DNA of 64,000 bases from contig NC_057751.1 of assembly GCF_004010195.1 (NCBI RefSeq), positions 12,133,508 through 12,197,507 of the forward strand. The letters run 5' to 3'. The DNA comes from Chiloscyllium plagiosum (lineage: Eukaryota). Each line of letters opens with the position of its first letter. Position 1 is the first letter of the stretch. Shown here piece after piece: positions 49,471-61,820 of the stretch. The notes under the pieces were generated by a model. That model made no database searches. It saw only the letters and a list, made by a program, of their open reading frames with translations, and was not told where the DNA came from. The position numbers and the translations under genes are program-made.

Positions 49471-50067
49471 CATCATCTTTTAAAGCTGAGCGGACCACCT
49501 CAGTTACTTGTCACTTCTTTCCATTTTTTCTTTGGACAGCTTTGCGCCATGTGCCTTATTTTCAGTGCTTTTGCTTGACTTCATATTGATTGTCCTATCC
49601 AGACCAGTGAGATTTTATAAAACCAACAGTGAACGAAGACATGCATTCCAGCAACAAATGAATGAATGTCAACAGAATGTTGAACGACAGAGTTATTGCA
49701 GCAATCCGAGTTCTGTCATCCGTGATTCTGACAGCCAGACAGGAAAATTAATATGTAGCGCAGTCATTGTTTTTACCTCATCATCTTCTAAAGCTGAGCG
49801 GACAACCTCAGTTACTTGTCACTTCTTTCCTTTTTTTCTTTGGACAGCTTTGCGCCATGTGCTTTATTTTCAGTGCTTTTGCTTGACTTCATATTGATTG
49901 TCCCATCCAGACCAGTGAGATTTTATAAAACCAACAGTGAACGAAGACATGCATTCCAGCAACAAATGAATGAATGTCAACAGAATGTTGAACGACAGAG
50001 TTATTGCAGCAATCCGAGTTCTGTCATCCGTGATTCTGACAGCCAGACAGGAAAATTAATATGTAGC
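49471..50067. repeat. Tandem direct duplication: two 289-bp copies, period 308 bp
   Basis: Copies at 49471-49759 and 49779-50067 are nearly identical, with a handful of substitutions. They are separated by a 19-bp spacer. Confidence 0.95.
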
Positions 50068-50647
50068 CATCAGCAATGGAAATGTTAATTTGGTTGTTCG
50101 TCTTTTGAACTCAAAAATGCTGACAGCAATTGCAGCACAGATATTGCCACCCAGGTGGAAATCAGCAGAAACGTCTGACTGAATCTGCAACTTTCTTTGT
50201 TTGCATTGTTCACTGCTATAGACAGCACATTTATTGATCTAGCCTTTGGCAGATTAAGGGTGTGATGTGATGCTTGTTTTTGTGTTCTAAGTGTGGCATC
50301 ATGCGAGAGAATGCACACCACTGCAACTTGAGACCCAAGTATAAAAGCAAGGAACCACATCAGCAGTGCGCCCCCCATTAATGATATGCTGTATTGTATA
50401 TTTTCTCTTAATAATAAATACCTTGGAGTGTTGACAAGACAGCAAGCTGAGAGAGAGATTTGCATGCCATTGTTAAGTTAAGTGGTTTACTCCCCATCTG
50501 CAGTTTAGTATTGGGCTTGGCTACATTTGTAGCACTGTCTCTTCTGGGTCACATGGCTGTGCATTCAAGGCCCACTGTGGGGCTAGAGCATAAGTCAAGG
50601 CTGCCACTCAAGTGCAGCCCAGCATTACTGCTGCATTTTTTTGAGTA

Positions 50648-51015
50648 GACAAGCAGTAGGGTGGAAGAGCACAGCAAATCAGGCAGAATCAGGAGGTGGA
50701 AAAGTCAATGTTTCAGGTTTAACCCATCTTCAGAAATGGAGGTGGTGGTAGGGGTAGCTGCAAATAAACAGAAGGAGGGAAAGGGTTGTGGGTGTGGATA
50801 GGGGCGGTGTGGTGAGGTGGTGGTAGGTGAATACAGGTGGTAGGTACGACCTGGTTGGTCATTAGGAGGAATGAATCCGACTGGTAGCTGGGAGGAGAGG
50901 TTGATCAAAGGGATGAAAGGCAGTCCGGGGATGGGTGGAAAGGCTATTCGAAATTGGAGAACTCAATGTTGAGTCCTCCGGGCTGTAGGCTGCCCAGACA
51001 GAAGATGAGGTGTTT
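50648..51015 (-). mobile_element. Penelope-like element 3' end with terminal repeat
   Basis: Minus strand HLIFCLGSLQPGGLNIEFSNF is a GIY-YIG C-terminus. A hammerhead-like CTGAAGATGGGTTAAACCTGAAACATTGAC lies at about 50704-50733. Confidence 0.8.
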
Positions 51016-51894
51016 TTTTCCTAATTTACGGTCTGATTCACTATAGCAAGCGTGGGAGGTGATGTCTTTTCAATCAATGCAGAGACTTCTTCATGGAGGC
51101 TGAATGCTGTTTTCTCATCAGCAATCCTCCAAATTATATTTGAGTGAGGTGTGGAAGAGTTGTACTCTGTAATGATGCTCCTTACCATTGGAAACAAAAT
51201 GGCAACACTTACATTTTTCACTCCACAGTCAGGCCATCCTTCATTTTAATAACTAGGCACAAATAACAAGACTGTTATGCATAATTGCCACTTGTTCATT
51301 AACCTTGTTCAAGGAAAACATACAGTTGAAACTTAGTGTGTGATCTAACCTCAGACGACTGATAATTACACATGATCTTAATGACTTAACATATCCCATC
51401 AAACGCTTGTGGTGTTGTTCACACGTCTCATTTGTTGCTGTGATAAGTTGATTTACCCTGAAGAATTGTCCTGGGTAATCAAGTTTCCACTATATTTCCT
51501 TATTTTGTGCTCAGCAGGGCATCTAAGTATAAACAACAGGACCATGACTGCAGTTATGTCTGTAACCAATAATTAATCAGATCCCGCTGGCCATTTCAAG
51601 AGCCAGAGGCAACAGTTTTTTCAAATTACTGGTTACATGCAAGTAGATATTGAAATAACTATTAGTTTGGTAGCACCCTTGTCACCGATCGAAAAGTTGT
51701 GGTTTCAAGCCCCAGTCCATCAAAAGAAAATAGTCTTACACCGCAGCAGAGTATTGAGGGAATGTGGTGCTCAGTTGTTAAACTGAGCCCTGGTGACCCA
51801 GTCTGAAGATACAGGAGATCACCTGGTTCTATTCAGCAAAGGAAAAACGAGCTTCCCTGGTGTCTTTTGAATGGATCTCTTTAATATTAATGTT

Positions 51895-52058
51895 GATCTC
51901 GCTGTGCACCTTCTCAAAGACTGAAACATTTGCATCCTACACCCTGCTCTCTTACTCTGATACACTTGTAATAGTACGATCTGCCTGGAAGTCAAGTAGG
52001 ACAGCACTTTTCACTGTACCTTGATATACATGACAATAATAAATCAAATCAAATCAAA
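51895..52058 (+). mobile_element. Rex1/Babar-like LINE 3' end
   Basis: 'ttttcactgtaccttgatatacatgacaataataaatcaaatcaaatcaaa' tail with a short tandem repeat. Confidence 0.5.
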
Positions 52059-52829
52059 CAGCATAAAAAAAGATGATCAGATGGTTGTTTGTGAGAGCTG
52101 AGATGTTCTGTTTCCTCAATTACAGTGGTGACTATAGTTGAAGAAAGTTCATTTGCTGTAACCACTTTGGCAACTCATGATAGGTGTTACAAGACATACA
52201 CATTTTTCATTCTTTTATCCTGTGGCTTCTCTGATACACAAGATTGAAGTCACTCTGATACAGGACTTACACAAGGACCTTGCTTTTCTCCTTGCTAATA
52301 TTTTTGACCACTCTCCTGAAGGCTGAAATTACTGCTTGCATTATGTTTCCATGGAGCCATTTTTCAAGTAGGAACCAAGACTGCAAAGGTTTTATGATGA
52401 TGGAGGCATCATATGCAAGCCTGCAATCAAAACTGCTCCAAGAAATTCTCTGTCAGCATGCGCCCAGGAGTGGTGGTCAAGCAATTTCTGGAAATACACT
52501 CGACAGTACCTGGTCTGCACTGTTCAGTACAATGCTCTATGTACTCATTGTCCAATCAAGGAAGTTGCTGTTGACATCACTTGAATCCTAAGAGAGGTGT
52601 CTATTCTTTGGTTCATGCATGTAATTATCTATTGTTTCTGATGTAAATGCTTTGCTAGTAGACTGACAAAAGGAACTCTAAAAACTAACTAAAAAGAATA
52701 TGTTGCCAAATATCATTGTGCTTGTGTGCACCAATCGAGAAAATAAACTGGACAAATTGACACAACTCCAATTGTGGAAAACATCTACAGGTTTTATACG
52801 GTTGTGAAGAATTTAGAGTTTTATTTCAT

Positions 52830-53340
52830 TTTGTTTGTGGGAGGGTGAGGGCAATAATTACTGCCCATCTTAAATTGCATAGAAGGTGGTGGTGATCTGC
52901 CTCCTTGAACCATTGTAGTCATTGGGAGTGTTGGCACACCCCAGCAGTACTGTCAGGGAGGCATCTCCATGACATTGACCCAGTGACAGTGAAGGAACAT
53001 CGATATAGTTCCAGGTCAGGATGGTCTTGGAGAGATCTTGCAGGCAATGGTGCTTCTATGCATTTGTTGACACTGACTTCTAAGTGGTAGAGGTCATAGG
53101 TTTGGAAGGTGCTGTTGAAACAGCTTTAGTGTGTAACTGCAGTGGATCTTATAATTCACACAAACTGCTGCCACTCTCCATCAGTGGTGAAAGAACTGAA
53201 CGCTGAAGGTGGTTGATTGCATGCCAATGAGGTAGGTTGCCTCCTCCTGGATGCTGTTATGCTTCTCAAACGTTGTTGGAGCTGCATTCATCCGGGCAAG
53301 CGGAGCATACTCCTCCCCACAATGACTCTTGACTGAGCAG
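52830..53340 (-). mobile_element. CR1-group non-LTR 3' fragment, same family as 6460-6612
   Basis: 'gaaggtggtggtgatctgcctccttgaacc...cccagtgacagtgaaggaac' antisense tail. Confidence 0.6.
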
Positions 53341-53830
53341 GACAGCCTTAGAATGTCAGTGCTCGTTCAGGTGCACTGTGTGCTTTTAAAGATGGCACGG
53401 GTGCAAGCGATCCATTGTTTCAGTGGATGTCCACTGAATGGCAAGTTATTGAAGGGGCCACATGTGTTAAGATGGGGTGCCAATTGGACATGAAAAACAC
53501 CACAGTGGCAGGGGAAGTAGGTCATGAGGTTAGCTTGGTCAGACTTGGCATGAAAATGCAGCAAGCTTACAGCGAAAACCCTCCAAAAAACTCTGTCCCA
53601 CTTACACTTTGCAAGCAAAACATAGGATTCAGCCCATGGAATTACTTAAGATGTTTCAGGGCTTTTGCAAGATGTGTTCTATAATCCATTCATCTCTACC
53701 TACGATAAAAAAGGCTTAGAGACAGTTTGGTGTTTGAGATTCCAGTGGTTGGCTCATGGCCAATAAAAATATCCAAATTTAGGACTACGACAATAAATTT
53801 ACAGAGGAGGTTGTGACAATTTATTTGTAA

Positions 53831-54129
53831 GATTAGATTACTTACAGTGTGGAAACAGGCCCTTCGGCCCAACAAGTCCACACCGACCCGCCATCCACCC
53901 AAACCCATTCCCCTAAATTTACCCCTTCACCTCATGCTACGGGCAATTTAGCATGGCCAATTCACCTAACCTGCACATTTTTGGACTGTGGGAGGAAACC
54001 GGAGGAAACTCACACAGACACAGGGAGAATGTGCAAACTCCACACAGTCAGTCGCCTGAGGTTGGAATTGAACCCAGATCTCTGGCGCTGTGAGGCAGCA
54101 GTGCTAACCACTGTGCCACCGTGCCACCC
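53831..54129 (-). mobile_element. V-SINE (HE1-like)
   Basis: Minus-strand GGGTGGCACGGTGGCACAGTGGTTAGCACTGCTGCCTCACAGCGCC head, B box GGGTTCAATTCC, V-domain and (taatc)n tail. Confidence 0.92.
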
Positions 54130-55266
54130 ACAAAAGTTATGAGAATATGAAATGTAATAGTGTCTGTGGCTACTGAAACTGACAGTATCATGACCATTTC
54201 AGAGGGACCTGACAGAAAGTGAGGCAGACGAATTCAAGACAATCACACCTGACCTGCAGCTCCCACCATTAAAAATATACTACTTTAGAGCTCAGGATTC
54301 TCAAGATCTGTGAAACATACCCAGCAGCTGCTCCAAAGCAAGAGAATTAAATTTGCAGCTGACACAAGAGCATAACTAGGTCATTTGTCCCTCTTGAGCC
54401 AACCAATGAGATTACCACACACCTTTTTCCTTATTTCATTTGTCATCCTAGGCTCCATATTCTACAATACTGTTAATTGAGAAAAGTCTATTCACGATAG
54501 ATTTTAAACTCCTCATGGAGCTGGTGTTAACTGCATCCTGTTGGACCGTACACCATAGTTTGACTTTTTTTGTGACATATATTTTCCAATCTGCCCCTGG
54601 ATTGGCTGATTTCAAAGTGATGTCCTCTCATTCAGTCTCCCTCCCCACAAGCAGGAAACAAACTGCCTTTATCTACCACATCCTTTCCTCTTAAAATCCC
54701 CCAATTAAATCACCCCTTGAAATGTTCCAATTGAAGAAGGATAAGCCAAGCTTATGAAACCTTGCCTCATCTCTTCTTGTGGGTCAGTGCAACACTCCTT
54801 ATGAAGCCAATCCAGCCTTCTACGGTAAAATGAAAACACGAAGTGCTGAAATTGCTTAGCAGGTCTGGCTAATGTTGACTAATATTTTGAGTCCAAGACT
54901 CATCATTGGAATTGGATTGTTTCTAAGGGATGGTGCTCAGACTGTACAGTGAAATTCAGATGTGCCCTTTGATGCTGCAGCAAAACTCTGCCCCTTTACA
55001 TCCTAACCCTTTTGTTATAAAAGATATAATGTTCAATTGACGTTAAAATAAAACAAGGACCTGTGAATGCTAAAGATCTGAAACAATTTATTCTGAAAAA
55101 GGGTCACTGGACTCAAAATGTTAACTCTGCTTTCTCCCCTCAGATACCAGGCTTGCTGAGTTTCTCTAGTAATTTCTGTTTTTATTCCATTAACCCTTTT
55201 GATTATGTTTTGTCCCAATCACTAAACATAGACCAACCAAACTTCTTTGATCTCCATTTGTCCTTT

Positions 55267-56047
55267 TGTTATGATACAAAGGCAAACCTTTTCTGTTAAT
55301 TAAACCAAACACTCAGAAAAGCTCGCCTCACCTCATTGTCTGTTAAAATATGAGTGACGGAGAACTCCTAAATTCCACTACTTAAAGCAAATAACATCAA
55401 TTTATTTTCTTACTCTGAAAGTGAACATTAAACAAAAAATCTATTTACAAAGCTAAGTCCCCCTTTCTCTTATGTGCTTACTCTCTGATTCCAACTCTAT
55501 AAAATATGCTGTTCCAATAAGACACTTACTAAAATTACATTTGCTTAATTTCAAAATCACACTCTTTGTCTTCTCTGCTGTCCTCAATTTTCCTGCTGAT
55601 GATCTTCCTGGGTTGTCTTCTTTCTTTTTACTGTGAATAGGCTTTACATGAAAACAGTACCTTTGATAGAGAGTGCTTTCTAATTTATTTGATAGCGAGA
55701 TGTTAGTTGGGCAATTAGCTCTCTGACTAATTTTCAAAATGTCTGCATTCATATACCCCCCGACATAAGATCATCTCATTGATTTATTGTTGGCAACACA
55801 ATAAATTCAAACCCGATTGGGTTTTAGTATCCTGGGGCATAATTTAAACTGTTTGGTTAAATTTGAACTATTGTCAAAACAGCAACAAAACTCAGGTATC
55901 ATTTCACAACCAAATGTTATATTTTCAATTTTCCAGTTCAATCTCGGACTGCCGTCTACTCATATACACATGTGCTTGTAAGCTCTCAGTTCAGAAAAGC
56001 ATTCTCTCTCTCTTAAAGGTCCAGTGATTGTCTTCAACTTCATAAAA
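55267..56047 (-). mobile_element. Solo LTR (family C), about 780 bp
   Basis: Collinear reverse-complement homology to 22314-23115 over its whole length. Starts TGTTATGA. The far terminus is mutated (cataaaa) and the TSD is not clean. Confidence 0.8.
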
Positions 56048-57559
56048 TTTCTCACTACGTAAAAAACACCCTCAGAAATACTTTACTTTTAGCCTGATCA
56101 CTCACTTCATATATCAGTGTTACTTGCATGAATCACAATTTGGTATCCAAAAGTGCATTCAAAAAATTACTTTTCTCAATGTTACTGCACATTTTCATCT
56201 GTTGTATTTTTTATTTGTCAACTGCTTATCATTTGACATTCAAATGATTGGTTTCCTGCAGCTAAGAGATAAACAAGTGAACAGCTCTGCACAATTTTTG
56301 TGCCTTTATTAATTTGTCCCTCAGTGGTTATTATTTGCAAAAGCTCTAATTAATGGGTAGCTTGTCAGAATACCAAGCTATAAGTGGCTGTCACAAATAT
56401 ATTGTCAAACATGATTTACCCTGGAAATAAAGCAACAAAATCTCTTCTGTGCAATTCTCAAAGAATACTAATCAGCAAAAGTAAATTGACTGTTTTGCAA
56501 ATGTTGCATGTCTATCTGCAACTTGATAGATATCCAGCTGGTGCATGGGTGGAGAACCATGCAGATCAACGACAAAATTAATTCCTGAAAACAATATAGT
56601 CAACACCACAAGCCTCTTTCAAACTGCCATGGCAAAATTACAATGGTGCTACCCAATCACTGATGGACAACTTGCTGATGAGGAAAGCCAGGTTGCCATA
56701 CAAAATGTGCCTGAGTAGCCCACTGGTGGATCAAAATTAATGTTTGGGCTCTCTGGAACATTTTTGCGTATTTGGCAGATTGATCCAAGAGATTTATAGT
56801 GATTAGCTGCAAACTGCACATTGTTGCTTTCATTATGCTAAGACATTGAATGGTTGCTACTTGCACTGCAATGGACAGGTATGTAATGCTGACCATGCTG
56901 CATCATGGTTGAGTCAATAAGAGTGAGAATGGAGTTGGTTACTCATATGTACTAGAAGGAATGATCTCCTAGTTTTCCTGAAAGCTCATGGCAAGTTATT
57001 GCAGGACTCCTTGTGATCGATTGCTTTCTGGCAGACTTCACACTGCCTCAAGTCTTTCGTTGTGCCTGTTTGCCATTGTTCCTCTTTAAGCTGCCTCAGT
57101 CATGTCCTCATCTATGTCCTGTGCAGAGGAACTTGTGTGTGAGCTCAGCCTCTGTAGAGCTGGTGCCAGTGCTACTCTTGCCTCTTGCCCCTGCTCTGTC
57201 TGCTGCCCATTTGTGCTCAGTGTTTCACTAAGTGCAGACCCCACCTCTACTCTAACCTCTCAGTATCTGAGTTGGAGCCTGTGACTGTCAAACAAATGCT
57301 GGATCTTCCTTATCTTCCTCCACTCCCTGATCAGGTTGCATCTCTTGGGTATCTGGAAGGAAAAGACACAAGAATAAGGTTGAGGTACAGGATGGTGTGG
57401 GGAGTAAGAGGTCTAAGCATATAGCAGACATTGTATTGAGGGTGCTAAGTGGGATGCGTAAAGCAGAATTAGGTTTGAGGAGACTGGTGTGGTCTGCTTT
57501 TTTCAGCAACTGCAGTATTTTGCTTTTATTCGAGTGACTGTCAACAATTTCAAACCGGG

Positions 57560-59120
57560 AGCTGACCAAAATGCCCAATACTTTTCCTGATCAGGGGTTA
57601 AAACATATAGAAGTCCTTGTCCTCTCCAGTTTTTTTCCAAAATACGCTGGACGCCGGTTCAGTTCCAGCAGATTGGAAACAGCAAATGTGGTGCCACTGT
57701 TTAAAAGAGGAGAAAGGCAAAATGTGGGGAATAATAGATGAGTTAGCTTAACATCTGTAGTGGGGAAAATGTTTGAGTCTGGTATCAGGGAAGAAACAGC
57801 AAACATCTAGTTAGGAATTGTCCCATTGCGCAGACACAACATGGGTCCATGAAGGGCAGGTCATTCTGAACTAATCTACTGGAATTCTATGAAGACAATA
57901 TGAGCATGATGGACAATGGGGATCTAATAGATGTAGTGTATCTGGATTTCCAAAAGGCATTTGACAAGGTGCTGCACCAAAAGCTTCTGCATGAGATAAA
58001 GATGCAAGGCATTATGGGCAATGTATTAGCATGGATAGAGGTTGGGTTAGCTGACAGAAAACAAAGCGTGGGGATAAATGAGTGCTTTTCTGGTTGGCAA
58101 TCAGTGAGTAGTGGTGCTCCTCAGGAATCAGTGTTGGGGCTACAATTATTCACCGTTTTCAGAGATGATTTGGAGTTGGGGACCACGTGCAGATGATACT
58201 AAGATGAGTAGTAGAACTAAGTGTGCAGCGTACTGTGAAACTTTAAAGGGATATAGATAGTTTAAGTGAGTGGGCAAAGGTCTGGCAAATGGAGTGCAAT
58301 GTTAATAAATGTGAAGTCATCCAATTTGGTAGGAATAACAGTAAAAAGGACGATCACTTGTATGGTAAGAAATTGCAGCATGCTGCTGTGCAGAGGGATT
58401 TGGTTATCATATAAAGTTGGTCTGCAAATGCAACAGGTAGTTAAGAAGGCAAATGGAATTTTGTCCTGCTTTGGTAAAGGGATTGAGTTTAAAAGTAGGG
58501 AGGCTATATTGCAGTTGTACAGGGGGCTGGTGAGGCCTCACCTAGAGCACTGCATGCAGTTTCATGCTCCTTACTTGAGAAAGGATGTTCTGGCATGAGA
58601 AGGGTATGCAGAGAAAGTTCACTCAGTTGATTCTGGAGTTGAGGAGGTTGACTTATGAGGAGAGGCTGAGTAGACTGGGATTATATTCATTGGAATTTAG
58701 AAGAATGAAAGGGAATCTTACAGAAACATATACAATTATGAAGGGAATGGATAGGATAGAAGTAGAGAGGATGTTTCCACTGGCAGGTAAAACTAGGACA
58801 AGAGGGCATATCCTCAAAATTAGGGGGAATAGATTTAGGACTGAATTCAGAAGGAATTTCTTCACCCATAAGGTTGTGAATCTATGGAATTCTCTGCCCA
58901 GTGAAGTAGCTGAGGCTTCCTCAGTACATGTTTTTAAAGCTAAGATAGATAAGTTTTTGAACAGTAAATGTATTAAGGATGATAAGTTTTTGAACAGTAA
59001 ATGTATTAAGGATTATGTTGTGAGGGCAGGTAAGTGCAGCGGAGGCCACAAAACGAGCAGCCATGATCCTATTGAATGGCAGAGCAGGCTCAAGAGGCCA
59101 GACGGCCTACTTATGTTCTT
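57560..59120 (+). mobile_element. CR1-type LINE ORF2 RT fragment to the 3' end, frameshifted
   Basis: ORFs 57900..58196 DVVYLDFQKAFDKV..SGAPQESVLG; 58266..58598 LYRGLVRPHLEHCMQF; 58585..59235 LTYEERLSRLGLYSLE...RRNFFTHKVVNLWNSLP. Confidence 0.93.
58948..59013 (+). repeat. Perfect 33-bp tandem duplication inside the CR1
   Basis: GATAAGTTTTTGAACAGTAAATGTATTAAGGAT occurs twice in tandem. Confidence 0.95.
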
Positions 59121-61209
59121 AGTCCTGTTAGCTTGCTGTGCACCACCATTTCCTGCAAGAGAGGGGCAAGTGTCTCAGCGGGTGCCGCATAATGTGTTTT
59201 GCTCATATGTAAAGACTATGAGAACCGGGAAATGATCAGACATTTCTGGGGTGAAGAGGCTCTTTCATGTGTTCCCATAGAACCAAAAATTCATAAGATT
59301 AGACGGAATTATGGATTATTTGCTGTTTACCAAAGAGAGGAATAAAATACCATTGTTTTGGAAGAAAGGGCCCAATAAAAGCTAAGAAGAAGAGTTAAGA
59401 AGTAGATTTAATGGCCCTTACGGACATGGAAAGTCCCAAGGATATGTCCTGCTTGTTATCTACCAACAGCCTCAGTGTAAATTTGCTTTGTAGGATGTTG
59501 CAGTTCTTGACAAAGCTTTCAGAAGAAGATTTCAGAACAAAGAAACTCTCTCAATCAGTCATTAAGAGACAAGTTTTGAAGGAAAGCCAGCTGAAAGTTC
59601 TCTCTCTCAGTGATGTATTTGTAAAATCTGATGGTGTGTAAATAATCCAGTTCTTAACTGTTTTCCAGCTGAATCTGAAACTCATTCTGAAGATCTTCCA
59701 TCATTAAGTGACTGTCAGCAATTGGAACTCTTCAACAGTTAATCAAAAGAACTGTGAGAAGCCAATCCATTCTATCTTCTGAATTCATAGCTTTCACCAA
59801 CTAGAGCATTGTTCATTTTTAAACTATATTTTCAAAGCGATAATATATCTGCAGAGCTGTCTTGTCTCTGTATGAATGTGTGTGTTCAAGGGATATTATT
59901 TAATTGAATCATTATTGATGAGTTTTTGCCACTTGTTTCAAGATAAAATTTGTTTTTAATATATTAGCTACTTTTGAGATTACTGATGAAACCTGGTCAA
60001 AGTCTGTTTTGCTGAAGCTAGCAGTAATAAAGAAAAACAAATTAACCACTGTGTTGGTTAAGTTGACATTTCCACTTTAAGTACAACTCAATAGCGAGTG
60101 AATAAGTAGTGATTTATTCAGTGTGATAACACTGTCATGGTTGAATAGCTAGCAGTGTGTGTATACTGAAATGAGTTTCAAGCATGCAGTGATGCTAAGT
60201 GACTTAAGGTGAGGCAAAGCTATGACTGAGAGGTATGAGTCCTGAATGACAGACATTTTACATAGATGGGTAATGGATATGTGGTGAACTGATCAGCCGC
60301 TGAGGGTACTGGTGTAGCCAGTAGGAAGATTAGGCTATAGAGGGGAGTTCTCAAAGTCTTTGTAAAAAAACTAATTTTATATGCATTTCACATTTAATAT
60401 TTAACTGTGATTTACTACTTAAATTCAAAATTTTATCCAGACTGAAAGGTGGACAAACAAGCTCTCCAGTTGAGTACATGAAATACATGATTTCAGAAAA
60501 CCAGCTGAAACTATTCTTTTTTGTGCCTGGGTTGAGGTAACTCCTCAGTTCAGAAGCAGATGATTAGAAGAATCTCAGTGCAACTTTTCGATGAATGCAA
60601 CTTTGAAGAAACTGCTTGGAGTAGGTTGAATAAGGGTGTTTGGTCTGGGAGAAAGAGGGACTTCTTTGCATTTTATGACATTTTCACCCTCTCAGAACTG
60701 ATGCCACAGGGTAAAGAGTAAAGTGTTTGCTGAATATTTGTTAAGGAGTTAAGGCATATCTATTCCTAAGGGTCAAATTAGTAAAGGAGTTGGTGGCAAA
60801 ATTGAAAATGTATATAAAACACAAAAATAAGTAATTGAACCAAATAATGAAGTTGTTTGTGAGGATGCATTAAAGATGGCAGGACAGGTGATGGGCCCTG
60901 GTGCAGCATGTGGGAGCTGCTGGATGTCAGTAGGATGGAGGGCAAGCACATTTTTGAAAACTGTTTGCAACTCCAGCAGCTTTGGTTCAGAGTTAATGAG
61001 CTGAAGGATGAACTACTCGGAGAGGGGGAAAGTTGCCATGATGTTTCATGCCTAGAGGTGGTCACACCTCTAGAACAGGACCTTTCGATATAGTCACTGA
61101 TCAGAGATAAGAGGAATAGAATGTGAAGTAGGAAGCTCAGGGAACTAAGAGGACCTCAGTCTGTGCAGTTGCCTAATGGGCGCAAAGTTCTTTCTGCTTA
61201 AGAGTCTAT

Positions 61210-61520
61210 GATTAGATTAGATTACAATGTGGAAACAGGCCCTTCGGCCCAACAAGTCCACACCGACCCGCCGAAGCGAAACCCACCCATACCCCTACAT
61301 TTACCCCTTACCTAACACTCTGGGCAATTTAGTATGGCCAATTCACCTGACCCTGCACATCTTTGGACTGTGGGAGGAAACCGGAGCACCCGGAGGAAAC
61401 CCACGCAGACACGGGGAGAACGTGCAAACTCCACACAGTCAGTCGCCTGAGGCGGGAATTGAACCCGGGTCTCTGGCGCTGTGAGGCAGCAGTGCTAACC
61501 ACTGTGCCACCGTGCCGCCC
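61210..61520 (-). mobile_element. V-SINE (HE1-like), young CpG-rich copy
   Basis: Intact head GGGCGGCACGGTGGCACAGTGG, B box GGGTTCAATTCC, full V-domain and (taatc)n tail. Confidence 0.95.
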
Positions 61521-61820
61521 AGAAAGATGTACAGTATGGAAACAGAGCCTTTGGTTCAACACGTCCATGCCGACTAGATATCTTAAATTAATCTAGTCCC
61601 ATTTGCCGGCATTTGGTCCATATCCCTCTATACCCTTCCTGCTCCTCAGATGCTGCCTGACCTGCTGTGCTTTTCCAGCACCACTCTGATCTAAACCCTT
61701 CCTATTCATGTACCATCCAGCTGCCTTTTAAATGTTGTAATTGTCCCAGCCTCCACCACTTCCTCCAGCAGTTCGTTCCATACATACGCCACCCTCTGCA
61801 TGAAAAAGTTGCCCCTTAGG
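61521..61820 (-). mobile_element. CR1-type (HER1-like) 3' end containing a PLE-repeat sliver (about 61638-61692)
   Basis: Homologous to 6866-7110 and 25908-26150. The insert is cctgctcctcagatgctgcctgacctgctgtgcttttccagc. Confidence 0.85.

Noticed and set aside
49508..50088. Duplicated plus-strand ORFs (129 and 90 aa)
   Set aside because: They have non-ATG starts and no recognisable homology, and they follow from the tandem duplication.
58585..59235. Longest ORF in the window (216 aa)
   Set aside because: It is the CR1 ORF2 C-terminus reading through the 3' UTR. The element is frameshifted.
59125..60131. Possible old solo LTR ending ...GTGATAACA
   Set aside because: I could not define a 5' terminus or TSD, and there is no second copy in the window.
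61440..61520. tRNA-like sequence with A and B boxes (also at 18640, 24325, 33555 and 54060)
   Set aside because: These are SINE heads continuing into the V-domain, not tRNA genes.
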